Source of the DNA: Candidatus Multivorans sp.
GTDB lineage: Bacteria > Acidobacteriota > Thermoanaerobaculia > Multivoradales > Multivoraceae
Assembly: GCA_965247095.1 (NCBI GenBank)
Contig: OZ251997.1
Coordinates: 1,600,001 to 1,664,000 of the forward strand
DNA: 64,000 nucleotides
Direction of reading: 5' to 3'
Position numbers and translations under genes: made by a program. The notes under the pieces are model-generated. The model was not told where the DNA came from. It saw nothing but the letters and a program-made list of their open reading frames with translations, and did no database searches. Below are positions 38,461 through 48,100 of the stretch, in pieces (position 1 is the stretch's first letter; each line of letters starts with the position of its first letter).

Positions 38461-38667
38461 ATGACCCACACCCCCGATCACCTCACGGCCGCGACCGAGT
38501 CCGAGTTCGCGGCGGCGCTTGACCAGGCGATCGCCACCGGCCGGCCGGTCCAGGCCCCGATCGAGGTCCTGCGGGCCTTCGGCCTTCCGGAGTGCGATGA
38601 CGAATCGGCCGAGGCGGCCGACTGGCAAGGCCGCCCGGACCTGGCGCTAGTGCCGGACCTCCGGTGA
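38461..38667 (+). CDS. Small hypothetical protein
   Basis: GGAG RBS followed by MTHTPDHLTAATESEFAAALDQAIATG (68 aa). Confidence 0.45.
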   Translation: MTHTPDHLTAATESEFAAALDQAIATGRPVQAPIEVLRAFGLPECDDESAEAADWQGRPDLALVPDLR

Positions 38668-38685
38668 AACTGCGCCGGAGAAAAC

Positions 38686-39393
38686 ATGAGCAAGAGAGAG
38701 CCGAGCCGCCGCTTTCAGGCATGGATAAACCCGCTGGCCTTCCCTGAAGTCGATTTCTCGCCTGCAGGCGACCCCGACTCCACAAGCGCTGAAACGATCC
38801 TGTCGTTTCTCTGTCGGCCTGAAACGCCGAATGATCCCGAGAGTCTCGTCAAGCGCTACAAGAGGATCAGTAGCACTGAGCTACCGCCATCGCTGGTTCC
38901 GGCTGCGCCAAGGATTCTCGAGAAGCTGGTGTGGCCCCTTCGGGAGGCGCAGGGCTCGTACGTCATCGGCAACAACCTCTCCACCGTTGTCCTGTGCGGT
39001 CTGGCCGCGGAGATGGTTGCGATGCTGTTGTGGAAGTTGGCAGAGACCCAGCTGAACGCTCGGACAATGAAGAAGAAGGACGAGGAGACCTTGTACGGGC
39101 GCTCCTTTGAGAACCTCGCGCAAGCGCGCCGGGTGGAGATCTTGAGCGCGTACGGCATCATCGAACCAGGTCGCGCTGAGGATTTCGACACGATTCGCAG
39201 GACCCGAAACAAGTACCTACACCGGTGGTCCCACGGTCATGATGATCTTCAAGCAGACGCCGAGAAGTGCTTTCACGCAGCGACTCGACTGGTGAGGGAA
39301 GCGATTGCCCCGCTCGGCTTCGAGGATGGCAAGATCATGCTGAATCCGAAGTTGGTGAAGTACTTGGCGCAGGAGGAAGGGACAGACCCCTAG
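38686..39393 (+). CDS. Hypothetical protein with a HEPN-like RxxxxH motif
   Basis: GGAG RBS; helical sequence with 'LCGLAAE' and 'IRRTRNKYLH'. Confidence 0.65.
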   Translation: MSKREPSRRFQAWINPLAFPEVDFSPAGDPDSTSAETILSFLCRPETPNDPESLVKRYKRISSTELPPSLVPAAPRILEKLVWPLREAQGSYVIGNNLSTVVLCGLAAEMVAMLLWKLAETQLNARTMKKKDEETLYGRSFENLAQARRVEILSAYGIIEPGRAEDFDTIRRTRNKYLHRWSHGHDDLQADAEKCFHAATRLVREAIAPLGFEDGKIMLNPKLVKYLAQEEGTDP

Positions 39394-39599
39394 AACGGCC
39401 CTAATCGCCCCGTTCCCCCCGGGAAGTGCTGCCGGAGAACAACCAACCCCACAGGTCGTCAAGTAGCTCGAACACCGCCCGCGATTCCTAGCCCCCTTGG
39501 GGCGCGGTCTGGCCGGCCTCTAGACGGTGGCCGTGTGTGTACGCGATAACCGACGACCAACCGCAGCGAGCGCCAACACCCCGTCTACTCAGAGAGTGC

Positions 39600-39665
39600 G
39601 AACCCGGTGGCGCGATCCGGGCCACCCGTGAACCAGTCCGTGCGCCCGTCAGCGGGCGCACGGAT
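39600..39665 (+). repeat. Composite REP-like element (hairpins 1 and 2)
   Basis: GAACCCGGTGGCGCGatcCGGGCCACCCGTGAACC-AGTCCGTGCGCCCG tcag CGGGCGCACGGA. Confidence 0.85.
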
Positions 39666-39728
39666 CGCGCCTCCCCTGGGACCCTCCCCAAAGGACCCGG
39701 CGCAGGCGGGTGCAGCCGATCCGAGGCG

Positions 39729-41486
39729 CTACGCCGTAGCCGGGCGGCTGCGCACGAGCCGGCCCGGCAGGGCGCCGGTGACTTCGTCGTTCTCGAGCAC
39801 GACCTCGCCGGCGCAGATGGTGGCGTCGTAGCCCTGGGGCCGCTGCATGTAGCGCTTCGCGTTCTCGGGCAGGTCGTAGACTAGGTACGGCGCTTCGGAC
39901 GACAGCCGGTCGAAGTCGATCACGCTGATGTCGGCGCGCTTGCCGGGGGCGAGGACGCCCCGGTCGGCCAGACCGTAGAGTGCGGCGTTGGCGCCGGTCT
40001 GCTTGTGGACGATCGTCTCCAGTTCGATCTTCGCGCCGCGGCTGCGGTCCCGGCCCCAGAAAGCGAGGTTCCAGCTCGGCATGTGCGCGTCGCTGACGGC
40101 GCCCACGTGGGCCCCGGCGTCACTCAGGCCGTTGCAGGTCAGCGGATGGCGCATCAGGTCGCCCATGTAGTCGAAGTTCCGCTTCGAGTAGCCGTCCAGG
40201 TAGAACAGGAGCAGTGTCTTGCCATCGCCCTGCGTCAGGAGCTCGTAGAAGGCCTCCGGCCCGGTGAGGCCGTGACGCTTCGCGTAGGTCAGAACACTCG
40301 CCTCGTCGTCCGGCTCGTAGTTCGGCGGATCGCCCAGCACGTAGACCGCCTCCGGCTGCGAGTGCATGAGTTCCAGCAGGCCCGGCAGCAGACTGCCCGG
40401 CGTCGCGTCGACCAGGAACGGGTGGTCCACTTCTTCCGGGCTGTTGCGGCGGGCGTCGTTGGCCATGTCCCAGCCGCTGGCCAGGATCTTCGCGCGCACC
40501 TCGGGGTCGCGCATCCGGGCCAGCCGCTCCGGCATCGGCAGGTGGCCAACCAACTCCCGGTACGCGTAGTTCAGGACGTACGGATGGAGCGAACCTTCCA
40601 GGTTCATCAGCACCGTCGTGCCCCGGCCGCGGATCTGGGGAAAGACGCGCAAGCCCTCGTCCCGACGCGCTTCGAGCATGGACAGCGTCTCCTGCGCCAT
40701 CTCGCCCGAGAGATAGGTCACCGTGATCCCTTCCTTGCGGCCGAGGCTGAGCAGCCACTCCCGCTCGAACGGCCCGACGAACTGGAACACGCCGCCGCCG
40801 GCCTCGGTCATGCCATTGGCGATCGCCTCGAGCTCCGGGTAGCGGGCGAACGTGCCCGGAATCATCTCGCCCTCCTTCGTGCGGTGCGCCAGCAACCGGT
40901 TCGAGGACACCCCGAAGGCGCCGGCGTGCACGCTCTCACGCACCAGCCGCGCCATCTCGGCCAATTCGTCGTCCGTGGGCTGGATGTCCTCGGCGCCGCG
41001 TTCGCCCATCACGTAGGTGCGGAGCGCGCAGTGCGGGACCTGGGTGATCACGTCCATGATCCGCGGCTTGCCGTCGATCGCGTCCAGGTACTCGGGGAAG
41101 GTCTCCCACTTCCACTCCATGCCCGCCGACATCGCGATTGCCGGAATGTCCTCGACCGCGTCCATCAGTTCGAGCAGCCATTCGCGGTCCTTCGGCTTCA
41201 CCGGCGCGAAACCGACGCCGCAGTTGCCCATGACGATCGTCGTCACCCCGTTCCAGCACGACGGCGTGAGGTACGGATCCCAGGACACCTGAGCATCGAA
41301 GTGGGTGTGGATGTCGATCCAGCCCGGAACGACCAGCTTGCCCTCGGCGTCGATCTCTCGGCGCGCCCTGCCTACGTCGTCGCCGACGGCAGTGATCGTC
41401 GCGCCGTCGACGGCCACGTCGCCGTGGAACTCGGGGGCGCCGGTGCCGTCGATGACGCGGCCGTTACGGATTGCGATGTCGTGCAT
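39729..41486 (-). CDS. N-acyl-D-amino-acid deacylase family amidohydrolase
   Basis: 'PGWIDIHTHFDAQ', 'GVTTIVMGNCGVGFAP' and 'LSDAGAHV'. Confidence 0.92.
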   Translation of the reverse strand: MHDIAIRNGRVIDGTGAPEFHGDVAVDGATITAVGDDVGRARREIDAEGKLVVPGWIDIHTHFDAQVSWDPYLTPSCWNGVTTIVMGNCGVGFAPVKPKDREWLLELMDAVEDIPAIAMSAGMEWKWETFPEYLDAIDGKPRIMDVITQVPHCALRTYVMGERGAEDIQPTDDELAEMARLVRESVHAGAFGVSSNRLLAHRTKEGEMIPGTFARYPELEAIANGMTEAGGGVFQFVGPFEREWLLSLGRKEGITVTYLSGEMAQETLSMLEARRDEGLRVFPQIRGRGTTVLMNLEGSLHPYVLNYAYRELVGHLPMPERLARMRDPEVRAKILASGWDMANDARRNSPEEVDHPFLVDATPGSLLPGLLELMHSQPEAVYVLGDPPNYEPDDEASVLTYAKRHGLTGPEAFYELLTQGDGKTLLLFYLDGYSKRNFDYMGDLMRHPLTCNGLSDAGAHVGAVSDAHMPSWNLAFWGRDRSRGAKIELETIVHKQTGANAALYGLADRGVLAPGKRADISVIDFDRLSSEAPYLVYDLPENAKRYMQRPQGYDATICAGEVVLENDEVTGALPGRLVRSRPATA

Positions 41487-41508
41487 GCCTTGTCCTTTCA
41501 CTCAAGCC

Positions 41509-41603
41509 CTGGGAACCCGGGTGGCGCGATCCGCGCCACCCGCGAACCAGCCGCGCGCCCGTCATCGGGCGCGCGGCTGAAACGCGGGCGTCTCGCCCGC
41601 ATC
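41509..41603 (+). repeat. Complete composite three-hairpin REP-like element
   Basis: CTGGGAACC-CGGGTGGCGCG atc CGCGCCACCCG-CGAACC-AGCCGCGCGCCCG tcat CGGGCGCGCGGCT-GAAAC-GCGGGCG tct CGCCCGC-ATC. Confidence 0.9.
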
Positions 41604-41681
41604 CGGTGCCGCCGCCCGCTCCTCGGCGACAGTCTCTGTCATCCCATCCCACTCGGAGTCGGGGAGCGATGTTACCTGCTC

Positions 41682-43238
41682 TTAGAAGTAGAGCTGGACC
41701 GCCTTCCCGTGCAGCTCGGCCAGCGTCGACCGCCTGCTGATCCACATCGGCTCGGCAAGCTCCGCTTCCCAGCTTGCCAACGCCGCTTCCAGGCGTTCGA
41801 CGACTTCGGGGTGCTGGTCCGCCACGTTCTCCTGCTCGCCGATGTCCGCTTCCAGATCGTGGAGCACGGTGATCTGGCCGTGCACGGACACCGGCGGGTA
41901 GTCCTGCTCCGGCAGCAGGCGGACGCGGCGGCTGAGCACGGAGGCCGGGTCCTGGTCGGTCAGGTCGACCCGCCACAGCTTCCACCGGCCTGAACGGACG
42001 GCCGCGTTGGGGAGGAACCGCCAGAACAGGTACTCGTGCGGCGCCGCTTCCTCCTCGCCGCGCAGGTACGGCAGGAGATCGACGCTGTCGGCCGTCCGCG
42101 CGTCGGACCCGACCGCCGACGCCAGGGTCGAGTACAGATCGAGGGTGCTGGCCGGCCGGAGGTAGACCTCGCCCTGCGGCAAACCCGCGGGCCACTTGAC
42201 CAGGTAGGGCACCCTGATGCCGCCGTCCAGGTGGTAGCGCTTGCCGCCGGAGAGGGGTGAGTTCGTGCAGATGACGGCCGGCATGTAGTTGATGCAGCCG
42301 TTATCCGAGAGGAAGACGACGAGCGTGTTCTCCTCGAGCCCGTGGTCGCGCAGCGTCGCCGTGACCCGGCCCACCATGTCGTCGACGGACGAAACCATGG
42401 CAGCGAAGATGCGCGCCCCTTCTTCCTCGATGTGCGCGAAGCGGGAGACGTACTCGTCGGTGGCCTGAATCGGCGTATGCGGGGCGTTCGGCGCCAGCAT
42501 GAGGAAGAACGGCTCGTCCGCGTGGCGCTCGATGAATGAGACGGCGCGGTCCGCGAACACGTCGGTCAGGTACTCGTCGACCTCGACGACCTCGTAGCCG
42601 TCCATGATCGCGCGCGGGCCATCGCCACGGTTGGCGCCCGGCGAGCGAGGACCGATGGACTCCGGGCTGGGCGTGGTCGGGCGCGGCCAGGAGTGGGCGC
42701 CGGAAGCGGCCGGGTCGAGGTAGCTGGTGCCACCGCCGAGCAGTCCGAAGAACTCGTCGAAGCCCCGTTTGATCGGGTGGTACTGCTCGCGTGCGCCGAG
42801 GTGCCACTTCCCCACCAGACCGGTTGCGTAGCCGGCCTCGCGCATCATGTCGCCGATCGTCGTCTCGCCGGTCGGGAGCCCGAGTTCGGCGTCGGCGTTC
42901 CGTTCGTAGTTCGCGGTTGGGTTGTACTCGTAGCCGAACCGGTTCTGGTAGCGGCCGGTGTAGAGACCGGCTCGCATCGGGCTACAGACCGCGGCGGAGG
43001 CATAGCCGTCGGTCAGACGGATGCCGTTCGCCGCCAGTTCGTCGATGTGCGGGGTCGAGATGACCGTCGATCCGTTGGCGCCGATATCGCCGTAGCCGAG
43101 GTCGTCGGCAAGGATGATGATGACGTTGGGCGGGGGCGGGGTCGGTACGTCGGCAGCCTCGGGTTCCGGACCGCAGCCGGCCACGGCAAGGGCCAGCGCG
43201 AGGGCCGACGCCGCAATAGTCCAGTGATGCGTCTTCAT
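41682..43238 (-). CDS. Cys-type (formylglycine) sulfatase lipoprotein
   Basis: 'PNVIIILADDLGYGD', CSPMRAGLYTGR, 'GKWHLG' and 'SDNG'; lipobox VAGC. Confidence 0.95.
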   Translation of the reverse strand: MKTHHWTIAASALALALAVAGCGPEPEAADVPTPPPPNVIIILADDLGYGDIGANGSTVISTPHIDELAANGIRLTDGYASAAVCSPMRAGLYTGRYQNRFGYEYNPTANYERNADAELGLPTGETTIGDMMREAGYATGLVGKWHLGAREQYHPIKRGFDEFFGLLGGGTSYLDPAASGAHSWPRPTTPSPESIGPRSPGANRGDGPRAIMDGYEVVEVDEYLTDVFADRAVSFIERHADEPFFLMLAPNAPHTPIQATDEYVSRFAHIEEEGARIFAAMVSSVDDMVGRVTATLRDHGLEENTLVVFLSDNGCINYMPAVICTNSPLSGGKRYHLDGGIRVPYLVKWPAGLPQGEVYLRPASTLDLYSTLASAVGSDARTADSVDLLPYLRGEEEAAPHEYLFWRFLPNAAVRSGRWKLWRVDLTDQDPASVLSRRVRLLPEQDYPPVSVHGQITVLHDLEADIGEQENVADQHPEVVERLEAALASWEAELAEPMWISRRSTLAELHGKAVQLYF

Positions 43239-43279
43239 GGTTCCGCTCCTCCTGTGTCTCCTCGTTCTGAATCAGGCCG

Positions 43280-44755
43280 CTACCTGCAGCTCCAGTTCGC
43301 GGCGTCGTTCACGTCGCCCTCGCCGTTGTACTTCGCCGCCTTCGGATGGGCGCAGAGCGGGCGCGTGAAGGCCGGTTCGGGGCCCGGACGACTCGCCTCG
43401 ATCCGTTCCGGCGCGACGCCATTCTCCGTCCAGGCCACCAGCGGGTCCACGTAGTCCGCCACCCAGGCGCCGGGGCCGCGGCCGCAGTGGATCATGCCGG
43501 GGACCATGAACAGGCGGTAGAACTCGCCCGCCTCGTCCGCGCCGCCGCTCTCCTTCTCGACGTCATGTAGGTAGTCGATCGCACGCTGCGGACGCAGGGG
43601 GTAGTCGTTCCAGCCCTGGTACATCAGTAGCTTGCCGCCGCGGGCCCGGAACGCGGAAAGGTCCGCCGTGAGCACGTCGAGTGGAGCTGTGGCGTCGGCG
43701 ATCTGGTCGCGGTCGGCGACCGGGTCGAATGTCTCGACGTCGAAGTCCGGCTCGAAGCACATCAGGGCATCGAGCAACACATCCATGCCGTCGATCAGGG
43801 ACTGGTCCGGCGCGCCTCGCCGGGCCGTGGGCAGCATCCAGCCGGCCCAGTCGCCGGCGTCCTCGGCCCCCGGCGGCACGCCGGGTGAGAGGACGTTGCC
43901 GTCCGCGTCCACCACGTCTTCGTACATGTAGCGCGCGGTCTGGAGTTGGCCCGCGGTCAGGCAGTTCTTCGTCGAGTCCGGAGGGCACTGGAGCGCGTTC
44001 AGGTCGAAGACGTCGGCGGTGCACTTCGTCGGATCGTCGATCACGCCGTCCTCGACTCCGTCCAGAGCGTCGCAGGCCTCGCGGGACGCCTTGCCGAGCA
44101 ACTGGAGCGACTCCTCGGTCAGCGGGTGCTTCGCCTGCAGGCGAGCCCCGCCCATCATCCAGGGCACGAACTCCTGGAAGCGGAAGGCGGGCGCTCCGGC
44201 CAGGATGCCGTCGTAGTCGTCCGGGAAGCGGGTCGCCTCCAGCATCGCCGCCCGGCCGCCGTTCGAGCACCCCTTGAGGTAGGCGCGGTCGATCTCTCGG
44301 TCGTAGTACTTCTGGATCACCCGCTTGGCGGCCCCGGTCGCCAGGTGGACACCGCGGTAGGCGTAGTCGAGCAGCGCCTCGGGCTGCCGCGTGTAGTCCC
44401 GGTCCTGGCCTTCGTGGCCGGTGTCGGTCGACGCCATCGCGAAGCCGCGGCTCAGGAGACTTGTCGTGTCGCCGATGAAGCCGGCGGCGCCGCCGACGGT
44501 GCTGAACATCATGCGGCCGTTCCAGTCGTCGGGCAGCGTGACCTCGAAGCGGATCGCCCGGTTGACGACGCCGCGCACCCGGCAGTGGGCCGGCGCCCGC
44601 TCCGAGGCCGGCACCCGGAATCCCGGCTCGACCGCGTGGTCGAGATCGGTCAGGGCGACCAGGCCGCGGCAGTTGCGATCGGTGTCATTGGCAACAAGGG
44701 GCGCTGCGGCAACCAGGAGCAGCAGCAGGGTGTGCGCGGAAAGTCGGGTCGTCAT
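43280..44755 (-). CDS. Tannase/feruloyl esterase family hydrolase
   Basis: 'STDTGH', GCSNGGR, 'FPDDYDGILAGAP', 'PGMIHC' and 'RPLC.HP'. Confidence 0.93.
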   Translation of the reverse strand: MTTRLSAHTLLLLLVAAAPLVANDTDRNCRGLVALTDLDHAVEPGFRVPASERAPAHCRVRGVVNRAIRFEVTLPDDWNGRMMFSTVGGAAGFIGDTTSLLSRGFAMASTDTGHEGQDRDYTRQPEALLDYAYRGVHLATGAAKRVIQKYYDREIDRAYLKGCSNGGRAAMLEATRFPDDYDGILAGAPAFRFQEFVPWMMGGARLQAKHPLTEESLQLLGKASREACDALDGVEDGVIDDPTKCTADVFDLNALQCPPDSTKNCLTAGQLQTARYMYEDVVDADGNVLSPGVPPGAEDAGDWAGWMLPTARRGAPDQSLIDGMDVLLDALMCFEPDFDVETFDPVADRDQIADATAPLDVLTADLSAFRARGGKLLMYQGWNDYPLRPQRAIDYLHDVEKESGGADEAGEFYRLFMVPGMIHCGRGPGAWVADYVDPLVAWTENGVAPERIEASRPGPEPAFTRPLCAHPKAAKYNGEGDVNDAANWSCR

Positions 44756-44785
44756 TGGTGTTCCTGGGCTGAGATGTGTCGAAGA

Positions 44786-45631
44786 TCAGGCTGCCACGCC
44801 GGCGCGGGCGATGAGCGCCACCGTGCCGTCGGCCTTGGCGATCCAGACGAAGGCAGCCGTGCGCGTCGGATCGTCGAGGTCGGCGCCGGTCACGACGCCG
44901 TTCGCGGTGATCGTGTCCCCGGGCCAGACCGGGTTCGTGAACTTGAGATCGAAGGAGCCGCTCCGCCACCACGCCTCGCCGAAGCGCTCCTCCAGGATGT
45001 GCCCCACATAGGCCATGGTCATCCGGCCACCGACCACCACGTCCTGGAAGCCCAGCTCCCGCGACGCTTGCTTGTCGGTGTGGTAGCTCGCGTTGCCGTG
45101 GAAGAACTGGCCGCACATCTCGAGCGAAACGGTGCGCTCCAGCCCGCCGAACCGCTCGCCGTCCGGGACCTCGAAGCGGCGCGCACCGGGTTTCCGGCGG
45201 GGATCGCGCAGTTCGACATCGCCGGCGTACTCCTGGTCGCGCAGGAAGCTCTGATGGTGGTGGGTCTCCAGGACCTGGCGACCGGCGCCGTCCTTGAGTC
45301 GGACACGGTAGTCCACGACGACACGGTTCCGCCGGTCGTAGATGTCGCAGATATCGCCCTCGACCCGGTAGGCGGCCCCCGCCTCCATCGGCGCCGAAAG
45401 GGCCCACTCCTCACGCATCCAGAGATGGCCCGTCTGGTTGGCGAACGCAATCTCGCGGAAGTAGTCGCCGTCCGGGCCGCTGGCGATGGTCGAGGGCAGC
45501 AGGCCGCTGGTCGGCGGGTCGAGTTCCAGGCCGCCGTAGTGGTCGGCAAGAACAGCGTCATCGACCACGAAGGTCCCAGTGCTCAGCCGCTTGCCGACGT
45601 ACGGCCCGTTCCCATTCGACTGGTCCATCAT
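44786..45631 (-). CDS. Double hot-dog MaoC-type dehydratase
   Basis: 'SYHTDKQASRELGFQDVVVGG' and 'KFTNPVWPGD'; GGAGGAG RBS. Confidence 0.8.
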   Translation of the reverse strand: MMDQSNGNGPYVGKRLSTGTFVVDDAVLADHYGGLELDPPTSGLLPSTIASGPDGDYFREIAFANQTGHLWMREEWALSAPMEAGAAYRVEGDICDIYDRRNRVVVDYRVRLKDGAGRQVLETHHHQSFLRDQEYAGDVELRDPRRKPGARRFEVPDGERFGGLERTVSLEMCGQFFHGNASYHTDKQASRELGFQDVVVGGRMTMAYVGHILEERFGEAWWRSGSFDLKFTNPVWPGDTITANGVVTGADLDDPTRTAAFVWIAKADGTVALIARAGVAA

Positions 45632-45638
45632 CTCCTCC

Positions 45639-45704
45639 CTACCAGCGAGCGGAAGCGTGCGGGTCCTCACAGATGATGTGGACGTGCTCGAAGGTCAGCG
45701 CCAT
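45639..45704 (-). pseudogene. 21-codon VOC-family N-terminal remnant
   Basis: MALTFEHVHIICEDPHASARW*, which resembles the first strand and helix of VOC proteins. Confidence 0.5.
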
Positions 45705-45755
45705 CTGGCAGCCTGGGTTCGGTGTTGGCCTCAGCCTATCGCTGCCGGGCGACGA

Positions 45756-46832
45756 CTACGCACCGGCCACCAGCGGCCACAACCCGTCGCCGCCGGCTTC
45801 GACCGCCATCGAGCCGACCTTCTGCTGCCAGGTTCCCTCGTCGCCGTCCGCGTCACGCCATGTCCAGAGGCGGCGGGTGAAGCGGTGCAGGTCGTGCTCG
45901 CGCGTGTAGCCGATCGCGCCGTGGAGTTGGTGGGCAATGCGGGTCACCTCGTAGCAGGCCTCGCTGGCGCGGGCCTTGGCGCAGGCCGCCATGAAGGTGG
46001 CGTCGCCGCTGCCGCCATCGAGCGCGGCTTCGACCGCCGCGATCGCTGTGTCCGCGGCGACGCCGACCACCGCCGCCTGACTCGCCATCACCGCAACCAG
46101 TTGCTGTACTGCCTGAAACCGGGCCAGCGGGCGCCCGAACTGCACACGGCCCTGCACATGTTCGATCGTCAGGTCCAGGATCCGTTCCATCGCGCCGGCG
46201 ATCATCGCGCTGCGCGCGGCAGCCATCAGGATCGATGGAGCCGGCCCTCGGCCCAAGCTGCTCGACTGACCCTCCGGGATCGGCGGCAGCGCGCCCAGCC
46301 GGCCTATCGGCTCGCCGGCGCTGTTCGTGCCGCGCTCGAGGTCGACCTCGCCGGCGGCGATCCAACCCACGCCGCCGGCGCCATCAGCGACGACCACGGC
46401 CGCGATCTCGTCCGGCCAGAGCACCTCCGCGGCGTCTGAACCGGTGACGAGCCCTAGCGGCCCGGACGGCGCCTCGAGACCGGCGCCTAGGAGCACCCGC
46501 CGCCCGATCATCGTCTCGACGAAGGGCAACGGCAGCGCGAAGGCTCCGGCCGCGCGCGCCACAGCCATCGCGTCGCCGAACTCGACGCCGGCGCCCCCGG
46601 CCCCTTCGGGCAACAGCATGTCCACCAAGCCGTTCTCCTCGATCATCAGCCAGTGATCGACCGGGAAGCGGCCGGCCTCGACGCCTTCGAACACCTCGTC
46701 TTCCGTTGCCGCCTCGAACAGCCGGAAAGCCGTATCCAGGAGAAGCTGGCGCGGTGCCATCCGAGCGCCCGAAGACGGGCGCTCGGACTGGTTCGCGGAC
46801 CGGCGCGGGTCGCGCCGCCCGGGTGCGCTCAT
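45756..46832 (-). CDS. Acyl-CoA dehydrogenase, short (beta-type) subunit
   Basis: 'RVQFGRPLARFQAVQ' and 'HQLHGAIGYTREHDL'; ATGA overlap with the upstream ACAD. Confidence 0.9.
   Translation of the reverse strand: MSAPGRRDPRRSANQSERPSSGARMAPRQLLLDTAFRLFEAATEDEVFEGVEAGRFPVDHWLMIEENGLVDMLLPEGAGGAGVEFGDAMAVARAAGAFALPLPFVETMIGRRVLLGAGLEAPSGPLGLVTGSDAAEVLWPDEIAAVVVADGAGGVGWIAAGEVDLERGTNSAGEPIGRLGALPPIPEGQSSSLGRGPAPSILMAAARSAMIAGAMERILDLTIEHVQGRVQFGRPLARFQAVQQLVAVMASQAAVVGVAADTAIAAVEAALDGGSGDATFMAACAKARASEACYEVTRIAHQLHGAIGYTREHDLHRFTRRLWTWRDADGDEGTWQQKVGSMAVEAGGDGLWPLVAGA
46755..46826 (-). repeat. Composite REP-like element in frame in the ACAD 5' end
   Basis: Minus strand: CGGGCGGCGCG acc CGCGCCGGTCCG-CGAACC-AGTCCGAGCGCCCG tctt CGGGCGCTCGGA-TGGCA. 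Confidence 0.85.
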
Positions 46833-47986
46833 CGCAACCTCAGGCCGCGGGCAACGATGCCCCGCAGAATCTCGGTTGCGCCGCCCTGAATCGTGTACGA
46901 AGGCGCGGCCATGACCACCTGCTGCAGGATGTCGAGGAGCGTCCCGTCAACGATCCCCTCGTCGGCCGCGACGCGGCGCACCGCCTCCGGTACTTCCTGC
47001 TGGAAGTTGGTGCCGAGGTCCTTGACCAGGGCCGACTCGACATTCGGCGTACCGCCGGCCTCAAGCGCTGCCGCTACGGAGATCGAAGCGGCGCGCAGCG
47101 CCCAGAGCCGGCTGACGAGCCGCCCGGCCTCGCGCCGGGCCGCCGGCGAAGCACTCTGCCCCAGCACATCGACCAGCGCCCGCAGCAGATGAAAGTTGGT
47201 GAGGAACCGCTCCGGACCGCTGCGCTCGTAGGCCAGTTCGGACGTCACCTGCGCCCAACCGTCGCCGGGATTGCCAAGCAGGCAGTCGTCGGGCAGGAAG
47301 GTGTCCTCAAAGAAGACCTCGTTGAAGTCGTGACGGCCGGGCAGGTCGATGATGGGGCGGACCGTGATCCCGTTCGAGTTCCTGAGGTCGATGATGACCT
47401 GGCTCATCCCGGCATGCCGCTTGTCCGACTTCGGCTCGGTGCGGAGCAGCGCGACGCAGAACTCCGCCTGGTGCGCATAGGAGGTCCAGATCTTCGAACC
47501 GTTGACCCGCCAGCCGCCGCCGGTGCGCTCGGCGCGGGTGCGGATCGAGGCCAGGTCCGAACCCGAGTCGGGCTCGCTCATGCCGACCGCAAAGGAGATC
47601 TCGCCGCGGGCGATCGGCGGCAGGAAGCGCTGCTTCTGCTCCTCGGTGCCGAAACGCAGGATGCTCGGGCCGATCTGGCGGTCGGCGAACCAGTGGAACG
47701 CGGTCGGCGCGCCCGCCGCCAGCAGTTCCTCGGTGACGACGTAGCGCTCCAGGTAGCTCCGCTCCGAACCGCCGTACTGCCGTGGCCAGGTCATGCCGAT
47801 GAAACCGGCCGCGCCGAGTGCTTGGCTGAGCGCCGGGTTGCGGCCCCACCACGACAATCCGTCCGCTAACCAAACGCCCGCGGCGCGCGTCTCTTCCAGT
47901 AGATCGCGGACCTGCGAGCGCAGGTTCCCGGCAGTCTCGGGAAGAACGGCTGGCGAGAAACGAAGATGGATGCTCGGCGCCTTCAC
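46829..47986 (-). CDS. Acyl-CoA dehydrogenase (alpha-type subunit)
   Basis: 'GMSEPDSGSDLAS', 'VNGSKIWTS', 'FNEVFF', 'LAYERS' and 'TIQGGATEIL'; GTG start inferred. Confidence 0.92.
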   Translation of the reverse strand: MKAPSIHLRFSPAVLPETAGNLRSQVRDLLEETRAAGVWLADGLSWWGRNPALSQALGAAGFIGMTWPRQYGGSERSYLERYVVTEELLAAGAPTAFHWFADRQIGPSILRFGTEEQKQRFLPPIARGEISFAVGMSEPDSGSDLASIRTRAERTGGGWRVNGSKIWTSYAHQAEFCVALLRTEPKSDKRHAGMSQVIIDLRNSNGITVRPIIDLPGRHDFNEVFFEDTFLPDDCLLGNPGDGWAQVTSELAYERSGPERFLTNFHLLRALVDVLGQSASPAARREAGRLVSRLWALRAASISVAAALEAGGTPNVESALVKDLGTNFQQEVPEAVRRVAADEGIVDGTLLDILQQVVMAAPSYTIQGGATEILRGIVARGLRLR

Positions 47987-48005
47987 AGCGGAGCGGCAGC
48001 GTACC

Positions 48006-48074
48006 AACCCGGGTAGCGCGGAACGCGCTACCCGCGAACCACTCCGTGCGCCCGTCAGCGGGTGCGCGGATGAC
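48006..48074 (+). repeat. Composite REP-like element between divergent genes
   Basis: AACC-CGGGTAGCGCG gaa CGCGCTACCCG-CGAACC-ACTCCGTGCGCCCG tcag CGGGTGCGCGGA. Confidence 0.85.
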
Positions 48075-48100
48075 ATGAGACTCCGCCACCAGCGAATAGG

